A stretch of 63,077 nucleotides of DNA, the filler included, from Octopus bimaculoides (taxonomy: Eukaryota): the NCBI RefSeq assembly GCF_001194135.2. It is 3 parts of 3 records of this genome, joined end to end, with 100 filler letters (N's around TTAATTAATTAA, not from the genome) between each part and the next. Parts side by side here need not be neighbours in the genome. Positions count along the whole stretch, not along the records: positions 1 to 24,071 come from NC_068999.1; 2 more parts are not named here. One strand, written 5' to 3'. The notes beneath the pieces are model-generated. The model saw only the letters and a program-made list of their open reading frames with translations. It was not told the DNA's origin and did not search any database. Position numbers and translations under genes: made by a program. Below are positions 1 through 10,997 of this stretch, piece by piece (position 1 is the stretch's first letter; each line of letters starts with the position of its first letter).

Positions 1-420
1 ACCTGGCACGAACCCAAACTGCATCTCATCTAAATTGATTCGCTCCCTAATTAGTTGGGCTATGACCCTCTCTGTAACTTTCATAACCTGGTCTAACAGC
101 TTGATGCCTCTGTAATTATTTGTATCTAAAGCGTCACCTTTACCTTTGTAGCATTTGACTATGATGCTGCTACACCAGCCATTGGGTATGACTCCTTCGT
201 GTATCACCTGGTTCGTAATACGGGTGACTAGGCTATAGCCAACACTGCCAGATATTTTGAGCATCTCTGCAGTGATTCCTGATGGGCCGGGGGCTTTCCC
301 GGTCTTCATACTCTTAATTGCTTTATCTACCCTGGTACTATCAACTCGGATAGCTGGTCCCTCTATTGGGTCGACATACGGCAGGCTCTCTTCCTCCCGA
401 TTTAAAAACATTTGGGTTGC
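1..420 (-). mobile_element. RTE-clade LINE fragment (RT N-terminal region)
   Basis: Minus strand reads VDKAIKSMKTGKAPGPSGITAEMLK...YKGKGDALDTNNYRGIKLLDQVMKVTERV...LDEMQFGFVPG. Near-identical copy at 52823-53145 and a related copy in 18100-18590. Confidence 0.9.
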
Positions 421-835
421 TATTTCTAGCAGGTAAAGTATAACTGATTCACACCATCTTGCTGGCATTTGACAGAGATCAAGGGGGAGATAAATGATAT
501 TTGCTTCATTTATTTTAAGTCAAGATAAGAACTTTGGGACAAATTGGCCAACAGTTGGAATTCAACTTGGAACTGAAACATTACAGAATTAATTCTCTTC
601 CGTCCTTAACCTCTGCTCAAACACCACCAGGGCATGTAATCATTATAGATGAATTATAGTCATGCTATTTAGCTCGCTTTAGTTTTGGGCCAATTATCCC
701 TCTGGAGGAGCTAGCTTAAAAGTCTGCATGGAGTGTGGCTTTTAAACTAGTTATATCATAACACTTCTTAATATTTCAGATATGCTTTTTTAATCTTAAT
801 TATTTATATAAATTTTTGTTTTAAATCTATTGTAG

Positions 836-953
836 GTTGAAGAAGGTTGGTGGGAAGGTCAACTAAATGGTAAAGTTGGTATGTTTCCTTCTAATTTTGT
901 TGAAATCCGTGAAAATCCAGATGAAGAAGAAAGAGAAAAAAGTGTGAAAACAG
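836..953 (+). CDS. SH3KBP1: Internal exon of CIN85/CD2AP-family adaptor: C-terminal half of SH3 domain B
   Basis: tgtag|GTT GAA...ACA G|gtatgt. Translates [39 protein letters not shown], matching the recalled SH3B motif EEGWWEG.LNGK.GMFPSNF of CIN85/CD2AP. Phase 0 in, phase 1 out. Confidence 0.93.
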
Positions 954-1529
954 GTATGTCTTCATTTTCAGTATTGTGACTGTGTTGTTTTCCTATAGAA
1001 ATATTTTTGATATATAAACTCTCTCATCTCTTGCTGAGATAAAATTTATAAATTTTAAGCCTTATTTCAAAACAAATATTAAATTTTCTTATTTTCAAAT
1101 TGTTATTTGTACATAAGTCAGAGAAGTGCTATTAATACTGAAATTTATATTTTCATAGTTAATGACTTGTGTATAACTCCATTTTGATTTTATGAACCTG
1201 TACAATAATCTGTTTAGACAATAACCTAGTTGTTATTCTTCTGTGCTCTAAAAACGTAATTTCAAATTAGCAGACTAACCGTAATCCACATCAAATAATC
1301 AAACATGTTTAATCTATATTTGTCCACCATCACCAACCAACTGTAGCTAACTGGAAATATTTGTCAACTTCTGAACCTCAGTACCATGTACAAAATTAAT
1401 ATAAAGATATATAAGCAATATAGGATATTAGGATATATCAATACAGAATTGAAATTTGTAATGTTTTACTCTGCCTGCCTCTTTTAGTAATAACACAAAT
1501 CTAACATTTGAAACAAAATGTGAAGTTTT

Positions 1530-2340
1530 TCCATACATCATCTTGTGATGCACCCAGACATCTCGTTGGTGATGTTAGTATCACTGGGTGTTTTGTGCCT
1601 TTTAACAATCATACACCCTCTCCTATGCAGCCAAACCAAAGTTGAGCAAACCCCCAGCTTGTGTCCAGTTAGCCCTATGTCTTCCAGGGTTCACATCTCC
1701 TGATCCACAGCCACCTTGAAGCAACCTGTGTTGCCTTCTTAACCAATTTAATGGCCTTCTACTTACTGGCCCCTGTTATTTCCAGCATGCTGTAGGCTCT
1801 GCAGTAGGACTGGTTAGCAGTTTCTCTGAATCGCACCTTGATAGAATCACACCTTGCTTACCATCCATTGCTTTGACATAGCTCTGCTAGCTCAGCATAT
1901 TTCCTACTTTCTCTCAATCACCTGCTCAGTACAATTCTCCTAGGGAATAGATAGTTATAAAAGCACCACCTGCATGGACACTTCTGACATCATCACTATC
2001 TGACCTTAGTGATGTTAAAGTGGCAGTTTCTGGGAACTTCATCTGCTTCCTCAGGCTAACTTTCAGCTCCCAGTCTTTTGCTATTGCTTGTGGACCCAAA
2101 GAGGTATACCTGGCAGCCAACATCTTTTTCTCACAGCTTTGACAAAGGAGGTAATCATCTCTGCTAGGCAGAGATGCTTGCAATGGCTGATCCCACTGTG
2201 GCTGGTATCTGTTATGACCTTCAAGACTTGTTTTTGCATTCAGTGGTAGTTTCCCTCTCCTAGGGCTTATGGACAACTACTGAGGATGTACTCCATGGTC
2301 TCTCTCTCCTTAGGTAAAGGAATAAAGTTAGTGACTTTGA
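1530..2340 (-). mobile_element. HERO-like (R2 group, RLE endonuclease) non-LTR retrotransposon 3' fragment, degenerate
   Basis: ORF 1926-2276 has AKDWELKVSLRKQMKFPETATLTSLRSD (cf. ARDWELKVDL..QLKFP...TTLRPD). Further downstream in pieces: KYAELAELCQSNGW and KAIKLVKKATQVASRWLWIRR, typical HERO C-terminus. Confidence 0.75.
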
Positions 2341-2649
2341 CTTACCCTAGCAGAATAAGTTGGACATTGTAAACTACCTGAATGAAGATCTTTATCTGGC
2401 AGGATAAACAACATAACTCATAAAAACATTTTTTTAAATTCACTAAAAATGACTTCAGCTGCTGTAAAATACTATACAGTGTGTTCAAGCTAAATTTAAC
2501 AATTTTTTATGCTTCCTTTCTTCATAAACAGCTTCATGTATTGGTAAACAATCAATAGCGTTGGCGACAAAGATTAAAGTTGTAGTTGAGAAAAAGTTAG
2601 TTGACATGGAGGACTAGAAACCATCAGAATATTAGAAGAGTTACTTGTA

Positions 2650-3907
2650 CAGGATGAAGCAGAGAGGACAGACGTTTTTGAAAAATTCACAAAATTTTAG
2701 CTGCAAACAAATTTTATTGACATCAATGTGTTCATATTGAATTAACATTTGTCAAAGTCAAGTGTGGAAAACATCTATCATGTGGTGTCTGTTTTCATTG
2801 ATGCATTTCTGAAGGTGTTCTTGGAAGTTGGCCTCCACTCTCCCCAGCATTGTTCTATCAACTTGGGCGACTTCCACACAAATAGCTTCCTTCAAATTGT
2901 CCAGTGTACAGGGCTTATGCACATACACATGTGTCTTCAGGTTTCTCCACAAGAAATAATTATACATGGACAAATCAGGGGACCGAGGGGGCCAAGGAAT
3001 GACAGAAAACCTGGAAATGAAGCAGTCACCAAAGCGAGGGCAAAGAATGTCCATTGATGCTCTGGCTGTGTGGGCCATCGCCCCATCCTGCTGAAACCAC
3101 ACACACATCAAATAGGTATCCATTTTTGTTGTAATTCAGGCACAAAGAAGTTGTTTATTATCTCGATGTAGCACTTGTAGTTCACAGTAACAACATTTCC
3201 ATTATTGTCTTAAAAAAAGTAAGGGCCAATGATGGCAGCTTTTCCAACAGCACACCAGACCATCACTTTTGGGCTGCGCAGTGGTCTTCCATGCAGTTCT
3301 CTCAGATTTTCAAGAGCCCAATAACAACAGTTCTGTTGATTCACCATGCCATTGAGATGAAAATGAGCTTCATCACTCGTTAACAAAAATTTGCCTCAAA
3401 AATTGCTTCCAGCTGATGTGTGAAGCTATGCTGCTGTGTGTAGTCCCATGGTTTCAACTGTTGCCCAATGACCAATTTGTATGCAAGGCTTTATGCAAAA
3501 TACGCCTTGCCAATCAATTACCACTACCAAGTTCAGAGCAATTTGGACTCCATATCAAAGCTTGTCTGAGGTGTTCCACGCTTTTTCCAGATTCTGTACT
3601 ATTGGTAGCACCCCCACCAGTCTCCTATTCATTAGTGTACCTTGTGCGAAGTGCATTCACCCAACATAATATTGTGTTGCGGGTGGGAACAGCCTGATTT
3701 CGGTGAATGTTGAAGTAGCATCGAAACTCTTGCTGAACTGCTGTGACAGACTCGTTATTCTTCACATAAGTGTCATGGCTTCACCTGAAAAGAAAAAAAA
3801 AATGCTAAGACACAACGGACCAAATGGTATCTGTCAGACATATGTCCCTCCCACTGGGGCTGAGTAACAGCTATTTCAAAAACGTCCATCCTCTCTGCCC
3901 CACCCTA
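2650..3907 (-). mobile_element. Tc1/mariner DD41D (rosa/VS-type) transposon, TIR-bounded, degenerate
   Basis: TIRs ta|caggatgaagcagagaggacagacgtttttgaaa and tttcaaaaacgtccatcctctctgccccacccta|ta. ORF 2758-3123 has WFQQDGAMAH...WPPRSPDLSMYN with 41 residues between the second D and the mutated third catalytic position. Confidence 0.85.
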
Positions 3908-4149
3908 TATCATGATGATTTGTACCAGCTATCAAAATACCAACATCATGACTACTGCTCAATGCTCTGTGAACACTGTAAAGGTTGTAAGACATGACAT
4001 GGACAGTTGCAACAGGACTATGAATCCATGGTGCGCAGGAAGGGACACAACAAGTGTTCTGATTGTGTCTAGCACACCAGAATTCCTCCCCACATATTTG
4101 AACAGGCTGAGTTCAGACAGCTGCTAGAAAGGGTTGCTGCAGGAAGGAC

Positions 4150-4650
4150 AAATGTAAAGTAGCAGTATTCAGCTCTTTGACATACCTCTAGAGCCAGAAG
4201 TTGTTGTTGGAGAATTTCTATAATTTCACCAGGCCCAATTTCTGGCTTCCTAATTTCCCTGATAGTAATCCCATGGATTACTATGCATGGAGGACAGTTG
4301 AGAAAGACACTTACCGCTCTGTCCGCAACACCAAGGCCAAGTTGGTGGCCAAGATTAAGGAGGTGTTCAAAGATCTTCTCAGTGTCATAGTAGGGAACAT
4401 ATGTGCCAGCTTCTCGAGCCATCTTGAGGGTGACTACTTTGAATAAACTGTTATCTCCCAGCCATAATCTTAAGGATAGTAATAATATCACCTCTCTTTC
4501 CCACTCTCTGTAATATTATGGACATATTTCTATCTATCGATATATTTTATCTTTCTTGCAGGTGCTAACTATAAGGGTTCTGTATTGATAGGCAAATAAC
4601 TTAAAATTTCTGTTAGAAATTTTCATAGAAGGCTGTCTAAACTTGTGATC
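4150..4650 (+). mobile_element. Tc1/mariner (maT/DD37D-like) 3' fragment
   Basis: ORF 4201-4446 NFWLPNFPDSNPMDYYAWRTVEKDT (cf. WPPNSPDCNPLDYYVW). Related to elements at 44559-45448 and 51718-52407. Confidence 0.7.
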
Positions 4651-4756
4651 TCAATTGATTCTCATTAAAATACCATCACCTTTGTGAAGGAGGCTTGAGC
4701 ACATGTACATGTATGATTCCTTGTTTATATTTGTTTATATCTCCTCACATATGAGG

Positions 4757-4803
<47 letters not shown>
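4757..4803. repeat. (TG)n(TA)n microsatellite at the 3' junction of the Penelope-like element
   Basis: Read directly from sequence. Confidence 0.95.
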
Positions 4804-4806
<3 letters not shown>

Positions 4807-5242
4807 AAAATTTAAATATGAGCTTTGACGCTAATATCCATATATATTAAAGTTTATTACCTATGTAAACATTTCTGTATAAGGTCAAATTCAACTCTTA
4901 ATTCAAGTTGAATAAGTAAATTTCCTTACACATCCTCAGAGTAAAAGGTAAACACCAAAAAAATTTATAATCTCTAAGGCTGATCCATATTCAAAATTCC
5001 TCCTCAAATAAAATTCTGTCTAAGGGAGAAAACCCTAATAATATTATTAATTATAAACAATCAAGTAATACAAATTATTGATCACTGGTAATAAATTCTA
5101 AACTAATGGAAATCTATATTATATTATCTCTAGAAACTTTAGTAAATAAATACAAATATGCAATTAGATTATTAGAAATAAATCATACAGTTAATATATC
5201 CTGTCTTATATTATAATACCCAATCATACTGAAATTTATAAT

Positions 5243-5682
5243 TTATTTAAACCAGAAAAACGTATGCCTAAGAAAATGACTACATCTGAAGGCATTGTAT
5301 GTGAGTTTATTTATTAACTTACCGTTAGAAAATAATATAAAAAATAATTCTAGATTATACAACGAGCAATATCTCTTACCTTTGTCATAAAGGAAAGGTT
5401 TTCCAATAATTGACCATTCTAACGAATATTGCTTTTTTTTTGTTCCTTCAGTTCCCAAATAAATTTACTAAGATTAGTATTCGCCATTTTACTTCTATCT
5501 CTAAACATATTATAATGATTCGATATTCGTTTACAAATTTGTCCCGAAGAACAACCCACGTATATGTTAACATCTGTTTGGGTCGTTGCCTTGCATTGAT
5601 AAACTATATTCTTCGATCTAACATTTGGGCTTTCAAACTTCAATCTTCAGGTGTTAACCTCTGTTACTGTAATCCTAGTACA

Positions 5683-5715
<33 letters not shown>

Positions 5716-7262
5716 TATATCAGGGTTCTCATCACTATCCTCCCCAATTCCCTTTGATTTAAGTATTTTAAAATTATGAGATGCAATTATTTGGGCTAAG
5801 TTCTTAGTGTTTGAGAAACCAAACCTAATGCTATATGTATTAATAATTTTACCATAATGTGAATTCTTTGAGAAATATGTACTTATCACTTCTCTAAACT
5901 GTGCAACCAAATTAGATTTAACATTTCTACCAAACAAGATTATGAACCATACATTATCATCTTTAGTGTTATCGCAGTTATTTGTATAATTCTTAAAAAA
6001 TTTTAAATAACCTGTTACGTTTATGAATATCTCTGGGTTTTTTTTTTCCTTATTTCCTCTTAACTTATTCTTATACTTATTATTCTTATAATTCATATCT
6101 GTCTTAATATTGTTACAATCAAGTTTGACATAGTAAACCTTCTCTTTGTATCCTGCCCTATTTAATGCTGAATTATAGAATTGAGCTTCATTATCAAAAA
6201 CCATATCATTTGCAGATAATTTAGAAAGTCTTAATGAAATATTTCTTACTAAATTATCGATAATTTTTCTAGGATGATTACTCCACTTACTTATATATTT
6301 CAGGTTAGTGGAAGATTTATGATATGGTCTATATGTCTCATTTTTAATACCTAATGTCACATCTAAGAAATTAGCTAAAGAAATACCGTCTTCATAAATG
6401 ATATTCATCCCCATTCTACGAAAAAAATCTAGCCAATCTACCTTTAATTCTCTGTAATTGTTGGTTGGAGCTATTCCTAATATATAGAAGGCAATCATCC
6501 CTATATAGACCCCTCCCTAATCATAGGAAATTGATCATCCAATTCATAAAGAATAAAAGAACCTACCATATCAGCTATTTGTGCGGAGCCCGAACTCCCC
6601 ATGGGGACAGCGAAAGCATCCGGTGTGTCCTTACGTATCCATACTTTATCATTAAAACTAATAAAAGACTTCCTAGCAGCTAATATCACTTTAATTTCTT
6701 CTCTAGTAAGCCCTGCCTTATTGTGAAAAAACCATAGTGCCTTATTCAATATGATCGGGTTAATGGATGCATAAAAATTAGCTATATCAAATTGAATGAA
6801 TTTAGTATTTTTCTTGTCCTGAATAGAATTAAACCACCCAATGACTTGGTCTGTATTCGACCACAAGTTTAACTTCAACTTATCAACTATTATAGTTATG
6901 TACTTCTTTATAATATTTTTACTCAGTATCCCTACGTCCGATTTTGTCGGGCAGATGAGTCTTAAAGATGGTTGTGTCCAAAAATTCACTTTGTGATCTT
7001 TAAGAATGAATCTCGGTTCATTTGGTATCATAGGTTCTGTTCTATCTGTTAGGTTGTATTTTTCCATTATCTCTTTGGTTTCCATATTTGCCTTCTTAAG
7101 TGTATATTTATTTGTTATCTTGTAATTCTTCTCAATTTCTTTCTTCAGTAAATCCGTGTAGTGTTGTTTGGTTAATTTATAAATATTTCCGGTTTTATCA
7201 GATTTCACCAAAATTCCGTTAGTATTCCTTATTTCCTTAGTAATTGTATTTAGATATCTTAA
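5243..7262 (-). pseudogene. Penelope-like retroelement ORF: RT plus C-terminal GIY-YIG endonuclease, 5'-truncated and frameshifted
   Basis: RT motifs KSDKTGNIY, LKDHK, FIQFDIANFYASI, FAVPMGS, and GLYRDDCL (in a shifted frame near 6490-6510), then FLDVTL and YRPYH..SNHP. Endonuclease: NIVYQC...IYVG...KRISNH and LEWSII...RYCSLYNLE...LINK...RCSH. AT-rich 3' UTR about 4804-5242. Confidence 0.9.
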
Positions 7263-7270
7263 ATGTTGGT

Positions 7271-7350
7271 TCCTGTATATGCTCTTACCCTCATAGCAGA
7301 ATCTGTATCAGAACTAGAAAAGAAATTCCAGGTGTGGAAACAAAACCTGC
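7271..7350 (+). mobile_element. Short RTE LINE RT fragment abutting the truncated 5' end of the Penelope-like element
   Basis: YALTLIAESVSELEKKFQVWKQNL, the region just after the RTE YADD motif. Confidence 0.65.
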
Positions 7351-7714
7351 CTACTTTCTCCACCAAACACCTCCTTTCTACACCTTCTACACCTTCTATA
7401 TTTCCCTCCATCATTTGCTACAGTCACCTCAGTCCTGCCCACTCACCCAGCCCAAGCCTCTAGATCACCTCACCTATTCTCACCACCCCCAATGTCTCTT
7501 GAGGGCATGTCCTAATACATTTCCGCTGCCATCTCTCACTAATTCACTTTCCTTTGTTTTCCAACTGGGGTGTCCATGTATCAACTCAAAAACAAGACAC
7601 CTATATCTGTCTCCTCTATACCTTAAATCTCTCAATTGGCACAAAGCCACACCTCCTTAATTCTATTCTCCACTCTCGGTTGAGGGGTTTTTGTCTTGCA
7701 AGGTTCTTAGTGAC

Positions 7715-7940
7715 CATATCAGTGCTGGTACCATGTAAAAAGCACTTTTCCTGATGCCACATAAAAAACACTGGTGATGGTGCTATGTAAAAAGCACCCA
7801 ATATATTCTGTAAAGTGGTTGGCATTACAAAAGGCATCCAACTAGAGAAACCATACCAAAACAGACTATGAAATGTGGTGTGACTCCTGGCCTATTCCAG
7901 CATGGGAAACAGTCATTAGATGATGATGATGATGATAATG
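7715..7940 (+). mobile_element. RTE LINE 3' UTR/tail fragment ending in (GAT)n
   Basis: gtaaaaagcac units, ggcatccaactagagaaacc and ccagcatggg, then a (GAT)n tail. Same family as the 3' end of 16445-18590. Confidence 0.75.
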
Positions 7941-8299
7941 ATGGTGCTGCTGCTTATTTTTGATTTTTAAGATACTTTTGTTATTGGATGGAATATTATG
8001 TTCTTTGTATTTGTTTTATGCAAACTCTCGAATTTAGCCTGAACGCCCTGAACTTTAAACATTTAAATAAATATTAGAAAATCCATTTATGTTAAGAAAT
8101 ATTAATAAAAAATCCAAAAATTAAGAAAAATATAAATAAACAAAACAAATCTGATCAGTGACATTGATGTGCTTCATTGGCCCAAAAGTTGAAGTTGGAA
8201 GAGAGGCATGAATTACAATGTTGGCATTGTAGTCGAAGGAATCAGATGTATCCAGTTCAGACCATCTACTTACAGTGTGCAGCAAGAACTTGTCTAAAG

Positions 8300-9850
8300 T
8301 GCATTGAATGGTTTTTACTCTTCTTGTTATCCAGGATAGCCTCATAAGGAGCACAAGCTTCATGTATAGCACCCATAATTTTACCAATGTGCTCAGTATT
8401 AGGATTCATCTCCTCAGAAAGGGCTTGTGATTTCTCCATTTATGCAAAAGCTTGCTGCATTTTGTTGATGAAGTGTCTTGGTTTTGGTTCCTGTTGCTGT
8501 GCCTCCTCTTGTTGCTGTTCATGAAACTCCATCAACTCTTCATTTGTGAGTAGTTGCTTGTCAGCATCAATTAATGCGTTGAAATCTTCCTCCTCCTAAC
8601 CCATGTTTAGTCCTTTTGACAACACTCCCAATTCTTTGTTTACATCAGAAACATCAAGACCTTTTGAATTGTTCACAAACTGGGGGAACAGTGTCTTCTA
8701 AATACCATTCATACACATTTCTGTCTCATTCTTCTATGCTGAGTTGATATTAAGCTTGGCATAAAAAATATCGTATGTCTTCAAAAATTCACAGTGCATT
8801 CCATTTCTATTGTTACACCTTGCCTGAGTAATACTTTAAGTTAGAAATGATAGCCATGTCCATTGGTTACAGTAGAGAGGTGGTACAAGTGGGTAGGCAT
8901 GCAGCAGTAGCAGGATGAAAGGCAACAATGTTTTCTGGGTGGACAGGAGTGTTGCCTAAAGGAAAAAGGATCTTGAATGGAATTTGCTTCTCTTTACAGT
9001 ACTTCTCAACTGTTGACTACTGGAATGAAATACTTGAAAAACCAATCTTCAAAAATCATGACAGCCTCCCAAAGCTTGATGTTGGACATCCATATAATTG
9101 GGAGTGATGCCTTTGGGATGTTTTTAAGTGCTTTGGGATTTACTGCATGATAAACTAAGAGAGGCTTTCATTTTCTGTCCTCAAACAATTGCCTCCAAAC
9201 ATAAGAGACAGATGATCTTTAGAGACCTTAAAACCAGGCATAGACTTTTTCTCCTTAGCTATGAAGAACCAATCTGACTTTTTTTCCCCAGAAAAGCCTG
9301 GTTTCATCAACATTGAAAATTTGCTGGGTAATGAAGTCATCCTCAGTAATCTTCACTAATGTTACAGGAAACTGAGCGGCTACTTCTACATCCACTGATG
9401 CACTTTTGCTTTAGACCTTAATGTTATGAAGATTGTACTGCTATTTGAATCACATCTTTAGCTGGCCTTGAAATCCAGTCATGTTGTCATATTGTACAAT
9501 GAGAGCACTTCCGCTTGAATTATCATCTGGCCTTTAGAGATATGCTGACAAGTCTGCTGTTTAAGCTAAAGGGAAAGAAGCCATTTCATTATTTTGATGA
9601 TTTTGTTTCTTTCCTTGAGGATTATGGTACTCTACATTCGTGGAGCAGTTTCTTGGATGTTAGTTAAAATTCTTTCCTTGTCATGAATAATTGTCAGTTC
9701 CATCGTCCGAATTAATCCATAAGCATGCATTATTGCTACCACTATTTCACATTTTTATAGCCAATTTATCCTCCAAAGAAACAGTATGGTGCTTCGGACT
9801 ACCTGGATTAGATTTAGCTGTAGGAGATAAGTGTAAACATTGTAACTATG
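8300..9850 (-). mobile_element. pogo/Tigger-like transposase remnant
   Basis: ORF 9155-9340 FIAKEKKSMPGFKVSKDHLSLMFGGN (cf. Tigger FIAKEEKSMPGFKASKDRLTLL.GGN). Many stops; termini not defined. Confidence 0.75.
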
Positions 9851-10997
9851 TACATTTAAAAAAATTTACTTGATTTTCAGTATTGGGTTTTAGGTGTTTT
9901 TCAAAATGTTCTGTCTTTAAATATGTTCAACAAAACTGATGTAAAGTTGATAAATTGACTGAAGATGAGGTTTAATTTTTGCCATTAATTTCTTTAAAAA
10001 AAGGAAAGACAAAGTCAAAAAAGATATAACTTGAAACAACTTAAGGTATACCTGTACATAGAAATGTTATCCACAGCTTATTTTGAATCCTTTAAAGAAT
10101 CTGAGAAAATTAAGTAGAAAAGGTTCAATTAGTGGACTGATACCTAATAATAAACAGAGAAAGGATAGCTCAAGGTAGAATTAGGTAAAATAATTGAATC
10201 TAAATGGAAAAATCATCACAGCTTAAGAGGTATGTCAATTAAGCATTTGCAGTATTTCACATGATTATCTATTCGTAAGCATGTTCTCTTGTTTTTCTCA
10301 TGATATTATAAGACTTAATTTTCCGTAGGAGTTAATCTATTTTATTCAAAACCAAGAGCAATAGAGGAAGCTCTAAGTAGTCACTTGATCAGTTAGAAGT
10401 TACAACTAAATCTTCCCGAAATACACCTTCCTCTGTTAAAATGAAAGGACACATTAAATAATATAGCACTTGATACACTTAATACAAAAAAAAAAAAAAA
10501 TGATGATTGCCACAGTTGAAAAATCTTTGAGCAAAGTACTGATTCTGAGTTAAACAACAATATGGAAATCAAATCTATTACATGAGTATTCTCAGACGTG
10601 TGCTGGTTATCAAAAATAGAAGCAATAACACCTCAGATGTCACTTATGTTCATATATTTACATATAACTAAAACCATGCTGTTCAGTTACACTGGGTACA
10701 TCCTTACTTTTAAGACAATTAGACTTCAAGAAACAAATCTGGAAGCTTTATATTCCTGTTGTAAAGTAGTATTCATTACAAAAGAAAACATCATTAACAT
10801 CAAGTATAGATGCTATTCAGCTGAAATTACGCAAATAAGATATTCAATATCTTGATATATCTGCTAATAGCAATTTGATAAAAATGCTGAAGTATTTTCA
10901 AGTTTCAAGAAAATTGATTTTCTGATTTTCTTTTTGACCATCCTTTAACCTGAAGAATCTTATTACTCGTTTCCTGTATTTTCAAACTCATCAATTA

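Noticed and set aside
4915-4945. Minus-strand CTGAGGA...GAAA in the PLE 3' UTR (possible hammerhead)
   Set aside because: Stem II does not pair, and no NUH followed by a stem I complement was found.
10077-10174. Exon-like frame LILNPLKNLRKLSRKGSISGLIPNNKQRKDSS between cag| and |gtagaa
   Set aside because: Phase 0 in and phase 2 out is incompatible with the phase-1 intron it lies in; the phase-1 reading hits a stop. No homology recognised.
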